This document shows positions 17,515-28,056 of a stretch of 64,000 nt of DNA, one piece after another (within the stretch, counting starts at the first letter, position 1; each line of letters opens with the position of its first letter). Location: the NCBI GenBank assembly GCA_049717905.1, contig JBNASL010000001.1:7987-71986 (forward strand). Direction: 5' to 3'. The notes under the pieces are model-generated. The model had not been told where the DNA came from. It saw only the letters and a program-made list of their open reading frames with translations, and did no database searches. Source of the stretch: Candidatus Bathyarchaeales archaeon. GTDB taxonomy: Archaea > Thermoproteota > Bathyarchaeia > Bathyarchaeales > Bathycorpusculaceae. The translations under genes were made by a program, and so were the position numbers.

Positions 17515-19656
17515 ATGGAAACACAATACGTCTGCCGCCGATGCGGAGAAACCTATTCATTAAACGATTATTTGAGAAACCATTTTTGCGGAAACTGTGG
17601 AACCCTACTCATCAAAAAAGTAGCCTATGAAAGGGTGAAAGAGAAAACAGAGGTAAAAACGGAGGATCATTTTCAAGATTTAGTTAAAGAGTTTTTCCCA
17701 TACCAGAATTTTCGTCCCTTCCAGCTTAACGCCATAAAATTTGCCTACGAAACCATTAGAGATGGAAAAGTTGGCTTGCTTTCTTCTCCATGCGGTACTG
17801 GAAAATCCATTTCAGTTTTAACAGCCTTTTTTGCAGCTAGAGGACTTAACTCATCCTTGGGAAGGCTTCTAGCTTTAACTCGCACGAAAAATCAGCTTGA
17901 AATCTATTCTCGAGAACTCCAAAACATTAAGGAATACTGCGGTGTTAGCTTTTCAGCATCAATTTTTAAAAGCAAAAAAGAAATGTGTCCCCACGCTTTT
18001 GAAGATTCGAAACTTGGGGATGTAAGTTATAGGGATTTTCTTTACTACTGTAAGGGCTTAAAGAACGGCGCTTTCGGCAGAACATGTGAATATTTTGACA
18101 AAGCTTATGCCGAGTGGAAGCCAAGCTGGCACGCCTACAATGTAATCAACAAAATCAAGAAGATTGGACCTCTATTGCCAGACGAAGTTTATGGGCTATG
18201 CCGCGACGAAGGATTATGCCCTTACGAGGTTACAAAAATCTTAACAAAATATGCGGACATCGTTGTAGGCAACTACAATTATATTCTCGTGGAAGCTATC
18301 CGCGGTTCAGTTTTGGGCAAGGCGGGCATACGCGTCAGAGACATAAACTGCGTGTTCGACGAAGCCCACAGCTTGCCCTACTATGCGGCAGGAATATTAT
18401 CAGACGAGCTTTCATCAAGGTCTGTGCGTAGAGCCAGAAAAGAAGTTAAAACCTTTGAAGTTGACGATTTCGACTTTCTAGAAGCCTTACACAAAATCAT
18501 GTTTGATTTTGGGAAGAAGGTTTACAGAAATTACGGATTGGATGTGGAGCACATTGTTGAAGGAGACGCTCTGATTGGCGCTTTGGCTAACAAACTTAAG
18601 GTTGACCATAAAAAGCTTCTTGAAATCATCCATGAACTTGCCGACAAAGGTGAACAAGTTCGCCAAAAGAGAAGCGAAATGGGAAGAAGCCCGGTCTCTT
18701 ACCTTTCCCGTTGCGCAGATTTTCTCATGAACTGGACAAGCCTAACAGGTTCAAGCTATGTAAGATATGCGAAGGTTGAGGTTGACAGAGACAAAAGAAA
18801 ACAGGTAAGGCTTGGAATTAGATGCTTAGATCCGGCTTTAGCTGCAAGCGTTATCAACGAGCTCCGCTCCGCCATACTCATGTCTGGAACCCTCTGGAAC
18901 ACAGACTACTACATAGACGTTTTAGGCATAGAAAGAAACCGCTGCCAAAGCCTAGAGCTTCCAAGCCCATTCCCACCAGAGAACAGACTTATTGTTGTGG
19001 ATGAGTCGGTTACAACAAAATTTGAAAAACGTAGTGAAATCCAATGGAAAATGATTGTGGCGCACCTTAACCAAATAATCGAGAAAGTTGAAGGCAGAAT
19101 CGCTGTTTATTTCCCATCCTATGAGGTGATGCAAAAGGTTGTCAGAGAGGTAAAGAATGATTTGCCAATGCTGGTCGAGGAGAAAAGAACAAGGATTTTG
19201 GATGTGCTTAGGTTTTTGAAAGAAAACGACAAGTGCGTGGTTCTAGGCGTCGCAAGAGGAAAAATAAGCGAAGGAGTCGACATGACCCTTGAAGGTCGAA
19301 GCATGCTTTCAGCCGTAATCCTTGTCGGACTGCCTTTTCCAAAGAAAACAGAGCTTCAAACCGCTCTATACGAGTATTTTAGAGAGAAATTTGGGGAAAA
19401 AGCCATGGAATACGCAAACAACATTCCCTGCCTAAACGCTTTAGCTCAATCCGCTGGAAGACTTTTACGTAGCCCAGAGGACAGGGGAATAATAATCCTT
19501 ATGGATAGACGCGCAGCTGGGAGGTTTAGGCACATGCTTCCAAAAGAATGGAAAAACGAGTTAAAAGCCCATTACAGGATAGAGAAAATCCTTGAGAGAA
19601 TAGAGGATTTTATGGCTCAAAAAGCGATGCAAAGTCGTGGCACTTTCATTCCATAA
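17515..19656 (+). CDS. XPD/Rad3-family DNA helicase with an N-terminal zinc-ribbon extension
   Basis: Walker A SPCGTGKS and a DEAH box (VFDEAHSL) are present. Four Cys are spaced like the XPD 4Fe-4S domain (CPH, YYC, TCEY, LCPYE). The N-terminus carries CRRCG...CGNCG. Start is ATG at 17515 or TTG at 17497. Confidence 0.8.
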   Translation: METQYVCRRCGETYSLNDYLRNHFCGNCGTLLIKKVAYERVKEKTEVKTEDHFQDLVKEFFPYQNFRPFQLNAIKFAYETIRDGKVGLLSSPCGTGKSISVLTAFFAARGLNSSLGRLLALTRTKNQLEIYSRELQNIKEYCGVSFSASIFKSKKEMCPHAFEDSKLGDVSYRDFLYYCKGLKNGAFGRTCEYFDKAYAEWKPSWHAYNVINKIKKIGPLLPDEVYGLCRDEGLCPYEVTKILTKYADIVVGNYNYILVEAIRGSVLGKAGIRVRDINCVFDEAHSLPYYAAGILSDELSSRSVRRARKEVKTFEVDDFDFLEALHKIMFDFGKKVYRNYGLDVEHIVEGDALIGALANKLKVDHKKLLEIIHELADKGEQVRQKRSEMGRSPVSYLSRCADFLMNWTSLTGSSYVRYAKVEVDRDKRKQVRLGIRCLDPALAASVINELRSAILMSGTLWNTDYYIDVLGIERNRCQSLELPSPFPPENRLIVVDESVTTKFEKRSEIQWKMIVAHLNQIIEKVEGRIAVYFPSYEVMQKVVREVKNDLPMLVEEKRTRILDVLRFLKENDKCVVLGVARGKISEGVDMTLEGRSMLSAVILVGLPFPKKTELQTALYEYFREKFGEKAMEYANNIPCLNALAQSAGRLLRSPEDRGIIILMDRRAAGRFRHMLPKEWKNELKAHYRIEKILERIEDFMAQKAMQSRGTFIP

Positions 19657-19702
19657 GCCTTTTACATTAAAACATGCAGAATAATTAGGGAGATGATCTT
19701 GT

Positions 19703-20449
19703 TTGAATCCGGATATAAGGATTATTGAGAAGAAGGAGATTCCAAAGGGGGCAATTATGATTTTCGGCTTTCCAGACGTGGGGCTGGTTGGGGTAATAGC
19801 AGCATCCCACCTGATTTCAGAGCTTAACCTAACAGAAGTTGCATACATAGATTCCAGACTGTTGCCGCCAGTAATAGTGTTACACGAAGGCCTTCCCCAT
19901 TCATCCATAAGGATTTTCGGAAATCACCAGATTCTTTTGGCAGTGTCTGAAATTCCTCTGCGAGAGGATCTAGTATACCCAGTAATGCATTCACTAATTG
20001 ATTGGGGAAAAGAGAAAGAAGTTAAAATGATGATTTCATTAAGTGGTATACCTCTTCAAGAGAGGCAAGACCTTGAAGAGCTAAAAGTTTTCGCCGCCGC
20101 TTCAATTCCTGAAACATTGAAAATGGTTCAAGATAAAAACTTAGAAGTGCTGAAAGAGGGTTACATGGTTGGCCCTCAAGCAATTATGCTCCAGTACTGT
20201 GCCACTTTAGGGTTGCCAGCCTTAACTCTGCTCGCCCAATGTTTCTTCAACTATCCAGACCCAGAAGCCGCGGCAAAAGCGTTAGAACAATTAATGAATA
20301 TCACGGGTTTAAAAGTTAACATTTCAACACTTCTTGAGAAAGGCGAAGAAATCCGTTTAAAGGCTAGGGACATGATGAAGAGAACTCAGCAGGAACTCAC
20401 AAAGATGAAGAAAACCCAAGAATATGACATCCCCTTGTACGTCTCATAA
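19703..20449 (+). CDS. PAC2-family proteasome assembly chaperone-like protein
   Basis: 248 aa. MIFGFPDVGLVGVIAASHLI is typical of archaeal PAC2-family proteins. TTG start. Confidence 0.65.
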   Translation: MNPDIRIIEKKEIPKGAIMIFGFPDVGLVGVIAASHLISELNLTEVAYIDSRLLPPVIVLHEGLPHSSIRIFGNHQILLAVSEIPLREDLVYPVMHSLIDWGKEKEVKMMISLSGIPLQERQDLEELKVFAAASIPETLKMVQDKNLEVLKEGYMVGPQAIMLQYCATLGLPALTLLAQCFFNYPDPEAAAKALEQLMNITGLKVNISTLLEKGEEIRLKARDMMKRTQQELTKMKKTQEYDIPLYVS

Positions 20450-20464
20450 GAAAGGGGTGGTGGA

Positions 20465-20911
20465 ATGGCAACAAGTAGAAGAAAGCGCTCAATTTTCGAC
20501 GTCATGGACGAATATTTTGAAAGCATGGAGGAATGGGCTGAAAGCATAATGGAAAGCATCATGGAAAGGCCGAGCTGGAACTGTAAAGCGTGCACCATGG
20601 AACCTCTCCGTAACATTGTGGTAACAGGCGATAAAGTGATAGTTACTGTGGATTTGCCATATGCCGAGCAAAGCACTATACAAGTTAAGCCCATAAGTAA
20701 GGATACTGTTGAAGTTTCAGCTCAGATGAGGAGAAAGGTGAGCTTTGACGATTTTGGAATAACCCATTATAAAGGTGAATTTCAAAGATTCCACTGCCAA
20801 ACGCGTATTCCAGTGCCAGTTTACATGGATAAAATGGAAGTTCGCTTCAAGAAGGGAATACTAGAGATTCACTTGCCTAGAAAACATGAATACGAAATTC
20901 CAATAGGGTGA
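20465..20911 (+). CDS. Hsp20/alpha-crystallin small heat-shock protein
   Basis: 148 aa. Alpha-crystallin-like strands are present (VIVTVDLPYAEQSTIQVK ... FKKGILEIHLPRK). Confidence 0.75.
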   Translation: MATSRRKRSIFDVMDEYFESMEEWAESIMESIMERPSWNCKACTMEPLRNIVVTGDKVIVTVDLPYAEQSTIQVKPISKDTVEVSAQMRRKVSFDDFGITHYKGEFQRFHCQTRIPVPVYMDKMEVRFKKGILEIHLPRKHEYEIPIG

Positions 20912-21049
20912 AGCCTCAGCTATTCTCAGGAGTCTTCACAAATCCGACGGCTCTTCTTGCATCATTGGCTTCAAAGAAAAATGCACAAACGAGAAGATAA
21001 GCTTAATGAAAAATCTTAAAAAAAACAGCTAAAGTAATTCTAAGTTCAG

Positions 21050-21265
21050 TTGGTGGCATGGTTGACGGCTGAACGGGCAATACAATGTGCCATGTTTATT
21101 CTGATATTAGTGGGCCTATGTGGAGTAAGCGCTTGGGCAAGTTACGCTTACCTCAGCGAGGCGCATCCAATTCTAGAAGTTGCTGCAATAACATTAAGTT
21201 GGGGGGTTATTCTCCTAGTTCTTTACGTAAGCTTCAAAAAACTCGAGTGGAACTGGTGGAGTTAA
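21050..21265 (+). CDS. Hypothetical small membrane protein (two predicted TM helices)
   Basis: 71-aa ORF with two hydrophobic segments. It has a non-ATG start and no recognisable family, so support is weak. Confidence 0.3.
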   Translation: MVAWLTAERAIQCAMFILILVGLCGVSAWASYAYLSEAHPILEVAAITLSWGVILLVLYVSFKKLEWNWWS

Positions 21266-21292
21266 CAATTCAAATCGCTTGCTAAATCAACG

Positions 21293-21685
21293 TTATTTAG
21301 TTCTTACAATCTTTACCTTGCCAAGTATCCGCCAATACTCGATTTCAACCCCTGGAGCAAGCTTCGCCTTCAAATCCTCCTCTTCAGGATAAGGAGCATC
21401 TAAATACTCGTAGGTTTCCAAATCCATAACTTGAACATTAGAAGGAGTCACGGCGAAAACTTGTCCGCTTCTCTTCTCAATTATTGGCACTTCTGCTGTG
21501 GCATCCACTGGTTTAACAAGACTCCTTTTTGCGCCGTCGAATATTCCTATGGCAACTATTCTCGCTTTGGCTGAACCATGCTTTCCAGGCTTAGACTTGG
21601 TTATCTCAACTATTCGGCATGGTTCACCGTCAACAATGATGTACCCGCCTTCCCTTAGGGTCCCAACATCAACAGGTTTGCTCAC
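21293..21685 (-). CDS. eif5a: Translation initiation factor 5A (aIF5A)
   Basis: 130 aa. The hypusination loop is present: TKSKPGKHGSAKARIVAIGIFDG. GTG start. Confidence 0.95.
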   Translation of the reverse strand: MSKPVDVGTLREGGYIIVDGEPCRIVEITKSKPGKHGSAKARIVAIGIFDGAKRSLVKPVDATAEVPIIEKRSGQVFAVTPSNVQVMDLETYEYLDAPYPEEEDLKAKLAPGVEIEYWRILGKVKIVRTK

Positions 21686-21784
21686 ATTATCACCAGCTTA
21701 GCGGTTTTCACCACAGCAATTTTAAACAACACCCATATATAAGTTAAGATGATTAAAAGTCGTGTTTAGATTGAAGGGAGAAAA

Positions 21785-22639
21785 GTGTTTAAAAGCGTCG
21801 GTCTAGTAGCCCGCTTCGACAAAAGAAAAGCGGTAAAACTCACAGAAGACTTGGCTGAATATCTAAGGAAAAAAGGACTTGAGGTTTACATTGAAGAAAC
21901 ATTAAAGACCAAAATAAGGACGAATGAAAAATTCCTACCTTTAGAAGATATGAAGACTGATTTTATAGTCACGGTCGGCGGGGATGGAACAATTTTAAGA
22001 ACATGTATAGCTATTCCAAACCCAGAAACTCCTATACTGGCAGTAAACATGGGAGTTCGAGGCTTTCTAACAGAAGTCTCACCTCGAGAGGCTTTCACGG
22101 CAATCGACAAATGCTTGAAAGGCGAATTCAAAATAGAAAAATGTGCAAAGCTAGCTGTAACCGCTGAAAGTGCAAAATTTCCAGATGCTCTAAACGAGGT
22201 AATGATATCGGTGGATGAACCCGTTAAGCTGCTTTATGCAAGGGTTTCGAAAAACACTGAACAGGTCTTAGAGTGCCAAGCTGATGGACTTATGATAGCC
22301 ACACAGACAGGCTCCACTGGTTATTCGCTTTCAGCAGGAGGCCCCGTCCTAGATCCCCATGTTGAGGCGTTTGTTTTGACGCCAATATGCTCCTTAAGCG
22401 TTTTACGCTCCATAGTCTTTCCAGCAGATTCCAAAATTATAGTGGAGGTTCTCAGACCTAGGAGGATACTTGTGGTTGTAGATGGAGCGCATAAGCAAAT
22501 TATAGAGTCTAAGCTTCCAAGGATAACGGTTACACGTTCAAAACACGGAGCAGTATTCATAAGATTTCGGGAAAACTTCTATCACCGCTTAAGAAGCAGA
22601 TTGCTCTTCCGCGGAATTGGAGGAAAGCCCAACGGCTAA
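21785..22639 (+). CDS. nadK: NAD kinase
   Basis: 284 aa. Contains GGDGTILR and TGSTGYSLSAGGP motifs. GTG start. Confidence 0.9.
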   Translation: MFKSVGLVARFDKRKAVKLTEDLAEYLRKKGLEVYIEETLKTKIRTNEKFLPLEDMKTDFIVTVGGDGTILRTCIAIPNPETPILAVNMGVRGFLTEVSPREAFTAIDKCLKGEFKIEKCAKLAVTAESAKFPDALNEVMISVDEPVKLLYARVSKNTEQVLECQADGLMIATQTGSTGYSLSAGGPVLDPHVEAFVLTPICSLSVLRSIVFPADSKIIVEVLRPRRILVVVDGAHKQIIESKLPRITVTRSKHGAVFIRFRENFYHRLRSRLLFRGIGGKPNG

Positions 22640-23168
22640 TTTAGGCAAACGCATTGTAATTTTAGACACTTCAGCCTTCGTAGCTGGTTTTGACCCATTT
22701 TCAATAAGCGAGGAACAATACGCTGTTCCAGCAGTTAGAGAGGAAGTTGCTGGAAGCTCCATGGCTTGGATTAGATTCAAAACAGCAGTGGAAAACGGAA
22801 AACTAAAAGTCAAAATGCCTGAAAGTGCCTTCTTAGAAAAAGCCAAAGCATCAGCAGCCGCTGTTGGAGACTCATTTTTACTTTCAGAAACAGACTTTCA
22901 GGTTTTAGCGTTAGCTCTTCAGTTTAAAATGCAAGGCTGCTCGCCGCTTGTGGCTACTGACGACTACTCCATACAAAATGTCGCAAAACATTTAGGGATA
23001 GAATTCGCTCCTCTAGCAACTTTTGGAATACGTCTTCCCCTAAAATGGGTAAGATATTGCCCCGCCTGCCGCAAAAAGTACTCTGCAAATTATAAATTTC
23101 GGATATGTAGAGTGTGCGGCACAGAGCTAAAAAGGAAAACTTCAAGGAAAAACTATAAGAAAATGTAA
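22617..23168 (+). CDS. nob1: Nob1-like PIN-domain endonuclease with a C-terminal zinc ribbon
   Basis: 183 aa. Has the PIN start IVILDTSAFVAG, the acidic residues of DDYSIQN, and the ribbon CPACRKKY...CRVCG. TTG start overlapping the NAD kinase end. Confidence 0.75.
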   Translation: MEESPTANLGKRIVILDTSAFVAGFDPFSISEEQYAVPAVREEVAGSSMAWIRFKTAVENGKLKVKMPESAFLEKAKASAAAVGDSFLLSETDFQVLALALQFKMQGCSPLVATDDYSIQNVAKHLGIEFAPLATFGIRLPLKWVRYCPACRKKYSANYKFRICRVCGTELKRKTSRKNYKKM

Positions 23169-23184
23169 GCAATGGTGGTGCCAA

Positions 23185-23760
23185 ATGAGTTTTATCGAGA
23201 GAAAAGTTGCATATTTTCAGAATGCTGGCAAAGAGAACACAGAGGCTCTATTAAATCTTGTAAAGGAATATGCTGAAAAGGAAGGCTTAAAAGATATTGT
23301 TGTTGCTTCAACTACTGGCGAGACTGGAGCTAAAGCATCCAAAATCTTCAAGGGATGTAACGTTGTTGTAGTTACACATTGCTTTGGCTTTCAGCAACCA
23401 GGAGAAAGTGAGTTAAAAGAGAATTATAAACGAGAAATTTTGGAAAATGGCGCAAAACTATTCGCTGGAACTCACGCCCTAAGCAGCGTGGAACGCGCAA
23501 TACGCAAGAATTTTGGCACACTTCAGCCTTTGGAATTGATTGCTAACACCCTAAGACTTATGGGAGAAGGAACAAAAGTGTGCGTGGAAATAACATTGAT
23601 GGCAGCAGACGCAGGTTTAATTCCAGTTGACAGAGACATTGTTGCAATTGCAGGAACAAGTAGAGGAGCAGACACTGCCCTTAGAATACAGCCCGCAAAC
23701 ACTTCAAGATTTTTCGATTTTAAAATAAGGGAAGTAATAGCAAAGCCATCCACTTTCTAA
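23185..23760 (+). CDS. Pyruvate kinase C-terminal (alpha/beta) domain-like protein
   Basis: 191 aa. Blocks such as IVVASTTGETGAKASK and IVAIAGTSRGADTA resemble stand-alone archaeal PK C-terminal domain proteins. Confidence 0.6.
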   Translation: MSFIERKVAYFQNAGKENTEALLNLVKEYAEKEGLKDIVVASTTGETGAKASKIFKGCNVVVVTHCFGFQQPGESELKENYKREILENGAKLFAGTHALSSVERAIRKNFGTLQPLELIANTLRLMGEGTKVCVEITLMAADAGLIPVDRDIVAIAGTSRGADTALRIQPANTSRFFDFKIREVIAKPSTF

Positions 23761-23784
23761 ACTGCCTCAGAAAACGTCCACAAG

Positions 23785-25122
23785 CTATTTCTCTCTTTCA
23801 ACCTCTTTTACAACATCTCCGATAATATCTAGAGCTGAATCCACAAGTTCTCTGGTTATATTGAGGGGCGGCGCAATCCTTATTGTGGAAACCCCACAGG
23901 TGATAACAGCGACTCCGCGTCTCCATGAACGTAGAATAATTTCACTTGCCTTGTCGGGTGCCGGTTTCTTATTTTCTTTATCTGCCACAATTTCCATACC
24001 TATCATCAAGCCTTTCCCTCTAACATCTCCGATGATACTGCTTTCCCCCTTGAGCTCTTCCAGTCTTTTTAAAATGTAGGTTCCCTGCTTTGCTGCGTTC
24101 TCCAACAGTCTTTCTTCTTTGATTATCTCAATAACAGCCATGGCTGCAGCACATGAAAGGGGGTTTCCGCCAAATGTGCTTGCGTGAGAACCACCAGTCC
24201 AGTCCATGATTTTTGCTTTTGCAATTGTTACGCCTAGGGGTAAACCTGAGGCTAGGGCTTTGGCTGCGCATAAGATGTCTGGCTCAACGTTCCAGTGTTC
24301 AATGGCGAACCATTTACTTGTTCTACCTGTTCCCGATTGCACTTCATCATCTATTAGCAATAGCCCATACTTGTCAGCAAGCTTTTTTAGGCGTTGGAAA
24401 TATTCAGGTGGTGGAACAATATATCCGCCTTCGCCTTGAATTGGTTCGAAAAGGATTGCGGCAACATCTTCTGGGGGAATATACTTCTGCAAGATCCACT
24501 CATCTATAAAATCTATGCACCAGTATTGACAATCGGGATAGGTTTGCTTGAAGGGGCAGCGGTAGCAGTATGGATATGGGACATGAGTGACTCCTGGCAT
24601 TAGAGGAAAGAAGTAACGCCTTTGTGCTGGTTTGCTGGCGGTGAAAGACAAAGTGCCTATTGTCCGCCCGTGGAAAGCATTCACAAAGCCGATAAACAGC
24701 TGCTTTCGGGTATGCCATTTCGCCAGCTTAACTGCCGCTTCAACTGCCTCTGCTCCGCTGTTGCTGAAAAAGGTTTTCTTTTCAAAATTTCCAGGAGTAA
24801 TTTCTGCAAGCTTTTCCGCTAGGACAATAACCTCATTGTAGTAGAAGTCCGTGTTAGAGTAGTGTAGGAAACGGTCACACTGGTTTTTTATGGCTTCAAC
24901 CACTTTAGGATGGCATTGTCCAACGTTTAGGCATGCTAACCCGGAGTTGAAGTCTATATACTCGTTGCCGTCAACATCTCTAACTATGCAACCCTTGCCA
25001 GATTCAACAACGAGGGGATAAAAACGCAAATACGAGGGGGAAATCACCCTATAATCTCTTTTAACAAGTTCCCTTGCCTTTGGCCCCGGTGGAGTTACAA
25101 CTATTCTGGGATAATCAGTCAT
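23785..25122 (-). CDS. Class-III PLP-dependent aminotransferase (4-aminobutyrate/ornithine type)
   Basis: 445 aa. Contains SNSGAEAVEAAVKLA, FHGRT, LLIDDEVQSGTGRT and STFGGNP motifs. Confidence 0.85.
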   Translation of the reverse strand: MTDYPRIVVTPPGPKARELVKRDYRVISPSYLRFYPLVVESGKGCIVRDVDGNEYIDFNSGLACLNVGQCHPKVVEAIKNQCDRFLHYSNTDFYYNEVIVLAEKLAEITPGNFEKKTFFSNSGAEAVEAAVKLAKWHTRKQLFIGFVNAFHGRTIGTLSFTASKPAQRRYFFPLMPGVTHVPYPYCYRCPFKQTYPDCQYWCIDFIDEWILQKYIPPEDVAAILFEPIQGEGGYIVPPPEYFQRLKKLADKYGLLLIDDEVQSGTGRTSKWFAIEHWNVEPDILCAAKALASGLPLGVTIAKAKIMDWTGGSHASTFGGNPLSCAAAMAVIEIIKEERLLENAAKQGTYILKRLEELKGESSIIGDVRGKGLMIGMEIVADKENKKPAPDKASEIILRSWRRGVAVITCGVSTIRIAPPLNITRELVDSALDIIGDVVKEVEREK

Positions 25123-25257
25123 CTGCCTCCCAACGGAGACTAACCATTAGAAATACAATTTTATATAACTATCTGTGCAAACTTGAAAATATTATGAAAC
25201 AGATTCAACACTCACAAAATATAAGCAGTAGTTTTAACTGTGTTATGAATGACCGTT

Positions 25258-25590
25258 TTATGGTTTTGTCACTGTAATTTCAATTGTTGAAACGTTTGTC
25301 TTTTGCCCTTCGCCTCTTGTAACTTCTTCAGTGCCTATGGAAATATCTTTCAGCTGCAAGTCTTTGAGGAAAGCGCGTCTTAACAATTCAACGGTGTCCA
25401 CTGCTCTGCTGATTGCCCGCCCCCTAGCCTTTATAACAACCTTTTGAGCGCCAGAGTTAAAGAATGTTAGGCAGGCAACCACATAGTTCATTATTGGTTT
25501 CTTACCGATAAGCACCGTGTTCTCGTTTACTGGCACATTTTTTGTTGTTTTTTCCTCCTTTATGGGCCTCTTCTGCTTTTCTTCAGACAT
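25258..25590 (-). CDS. albA: DNA/RNA-binding protein Alba
   Basis: 110 aa. The Alba core is [44 protein letters not shown], preceded by a basic N-terminal tail. Confidence 0.9.
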   Translation of the reverse strand: MSEEKQKRPIKEEKTTKNVPVNENTVLIGKKPIMNYVVACLTFFNSGAQKVVIKARGRAISRAVDTVELLRRAFLKDLQLKDISIGTEEVTRGEGQKTNVSTIEITVTKP

Positions 25591-25751
25591 GTTCTACCTC
25601 CTTTAACTTCTTTTGCACGGCTGATGGCACTAGCAGACATATCATTACCCCCTTGAGATTCTTATATTTTTCCATAGGCGCCACGTCAAAAGCACTTCTC
25701 TAAATGCTCGCTATATGCCCCCGCTTCAGCCGTTTTGGATTGGGGTTAGGC

Positions 25752-27566
25752 TCAGACAAATAATAAAAAGGAAAAGAGAAATAGGAAGGTAGCCGCAAAC
25801 AATGGAACAATGATTCTTTTAGCCCTTTGAACCGCTTTATCGGGGAGCAGGCATAATTTTTCCAAAGGCTTCTGTCCAATAACTCTAACTTTTGGAACCA
25901 TCACGCTTCGGCAGCCAAATTTAGCCTGTTCTAAACCAGCTACTGCAGCGTTTACTGCCTCTTTAACATAGCCAATCAGCTTTTCATGATCTATAACTTC
26001 GCCTAGAGGGTGATATCCCCTCTCATTAAGCGTTAAAGCATTTACGGAATGCGTATCTGTGGTGAAAACCTCACCTTCACCTACGCCTAAAGAGCTAATA
26101 GCTGACAGAATTTTTTCACGCAGGCCAGAAATCATGTTGTTTCCATCGATAACCACATAGGCTGCCTTTTGATTGTCAACTTCAACAACTATTACTGTTA
26201 TGCCGCCTGAACCCATGCCGTCTCTGAGGCTAAACTCTTTTGGCATTATGGTTGATACACCAACTTTAAACGGCATCTTATTCAAAGAAGCAGCTTTTTC
26301 TATACAGGTAATGGCAACTGTTTTTAATGCATCCAAAGCCTCTTTTGAGTTCACGGCACCGTCTATGCTGTTGTGGGCATTTATAACCATGCAGGATTGA
26401 AGCCCATGTTTCTGAGCTTCCTTTCGAACAAAGAGCCCCAATTCTTGAGGGAAATCTTCAGTAGTTTTTGGAGCAAGAGAAAAAGCAATTAGGGCGGAGT
26501 TACCGAAAATTTGGCAAGATGCTGTAGCCAGATCATTACTGATTTTTATAAAAGGTGTCGCTTCGCCTTCAAAAGCCTGAAAGTTCACTGAGTTGACAAC
26601 ATAGGCCATTACCTTTTGATTCTGAGTTTGAGAAGCCAAATCAAGCTCGTGACCAAGCAGACCCAGAGGCACACACGCAACACAGTCAAACTTCTGTTCC
26701 AAGGCTGTTTTAAGTAGGGATGGCAAAGCACTGCTTCCAACATTCTTAAATGGTCCTGGATGAACAGAGGGAACCACCATAACTGTTTTAGATTTACTGC
26801 CATCAAACTTTGCCACTGAAACTTCCACATCTTTTTCCTCGCTTAACTTCTCTAAGAGAGCCTCAAAAGGAGTGTTCAAATCTGCAATCCAGTTTAGCAA
26901 AAACGCCCTAAGAATCGCGAGAGAGGGCATTCCTACAATCCGTTCGCCCACACGGTTTAGCAAATAAATGAAAGAAAAACTTGAAAGGATGCTGATACCC
27001 AGCGCATAAAGTAAGAAGAAAGAAACGATTTTAATGTCAGTCGTGTTTAACCACAGAATCATAAATGGGATTATGCAGGAAAAAGGCTGAAAAACAGAGG
27101 CCACAAAAAAGCGTTTATACCCAATAGAAGACGTTGCATAAAGAACAATAAAACGGAGAATTAAAACTGCTGAAAATCCGAGGAGGCAAAGCCTAACCGC
27201 CCATACTGAACCGAAAAATGCGGCTGCACCCCCGCCCATGAAAATGAAAAGAAGCCATAAAACCCAGCTATAAAGGGAAAGCGCCGCTGTCCTCCTCAAG
27301 TTGTAAATTGCATCCTGCTTTAAGACGAAGGCAGACAAAACATAATTAGAAAATAAGGTAGCAAGGAAAAGGGTAAAGCCTAAAAGTAGCCCATCAGCCA
27401 AACCTCCATAGGAGAAGGATATGCTGGTTGTGTATAGCAGACTTCCAAATACGCAAGTCAGCGCTGAAAACAAGATTAGGTTTCTGTATGATGGAAGCAT
27501 GAAAAGGGATGAGTAGTGCTTAACTGCCCTATCTAAGTGTTGGTTAAATGCTTCTTCTGCAGCCAC
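25752..27566 (-). CDS. Large polytopic membrane protein, DUF2070-like
   Basis: 604 aa. The N-terminal half has many hydrophobic helices. A soluble C-terminal half and a terminal TM helix follow. GTG start. Confidence 0.5.
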   Translation of the reverse strand: MAAEEAFNQHLDRAVKHYSSLFMLPSYRNLILFSALTCVFGSLLYTTSISFSYGGLADGLLLGFTLFLATLFSNYVLSAFVLKQDAIYNLRRTAALSLYSWVLWLLFIFMGGGAAAFFGSVWAVRLCLLGFSAVLILRFIVLYATSSIGYKRFFVASVFQPFSCIIPFMILWLNTTDIKIVSFFLLYALGISILSSFSFIYLLNRVGERIVGMPSLAILRAFLLNWIADLNTPFEALLEKLSEEKDVEVSVAKFDGSKSKTVMVVPSVHPGPFKNVGSSALPSLLKTALEQKFDCVACVPLGLLGHELDLASQTQNQKVMAYVVNSVNFQAFEGEATPFIKISNDLATASCQIFGNSALIAFSLAPKTTEDFPQELGLFVRKEAQKHGLQSCMVINAHNSIDGAVNSKEALDALKTVAITCIEKAASLNKMPFKVGVSTIMPKEFSLRDGMGSGGITVIVVEVDNQKAAYVVIDGNNMISGLREKILSAISSLGVGEGEVFTTDTHSVNALTLNERGYHPLGEVIDHEKLIGYVKEAVNAAVAGLEQAKFGCRSVMVPKVRVIGQKPLEKLCLLPDKAVQRAKRIIVPLFAATFLFLFSFLLFV

Positions 27567-27757
27567 GTATATCCACTCAAGCGGTTTTTCTATGAAAGCG
27601 CATCAAACATATTAAACTGTCGCATAACTTCTAACATAAAGATTTAAAAGTGGAAACTAAAAAGCAACAACCAAATTGCCTTTAACATTGTTCTAAACGT
27701 TGCCTAAAAGAGTAACTGTTTTATCCTTAAAGCACTAATTAAGAGTTTGCGGAGCCT

Positions 27758-28045
27758 ATGCCTGAACAAACTCTACCCCCAACAGTATTCCACATGCTCG
27801 AGAAAAATCTAGGTAAAAATGTCAGAGTTATCTTAGATCCTTCCTATGGTTTTGAAGGAACATTGGTGGCGGTGACTAGAGAGCCATCGGGCATATGGCT
27901 TTCAGATGCAGAAGCAGTGGTTTTACGTGCGACGATTGCCCAGCCAATTCCACAGGTTGCAAGCAGGGAGGAACGCAGCGAAATATTCATTCACCTCAAT
28001 TCTGTTCAGAGAATAGAGGTTTTGCATTCAACTTCTCGTCGTTAA
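27758..28045 (+). CDS. Sm-like (LSm-fold) small protein, tentative
   Basis: 95 aa. LEKNLGKNVRVILDPSYGFEGTLVAV...IWLSDAEAVV resembles an Sm1 motif, and IFIHLNSVQRIEVL resembles an Sm2 motif. Confidence 0.4.
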   Translation: MPEQTLPPTVFHMLEKNLGKNVRVILDPSYGFEGTLVAVTREPSGIWLSDAEAVVLRATIAQPIPQVASREERSEIFIHLNSVQRIEVLHSTSRR

Positions 28046-28056
28046 AACATTGGCTT

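Noticed and set aside
18114-18431. Alternative-frame and antisense ORFs nested in long genes
   Set aside because: Examples are 18114-18431 in XPD, 158-622 in L4, 30905-31417 in PolD, 51012-51452 in lysX and 57296-57724 in argG. All lie inside strongly supported genes, have biased low-complexity composition and show no family motifs, so they are typical shadow ORFs.
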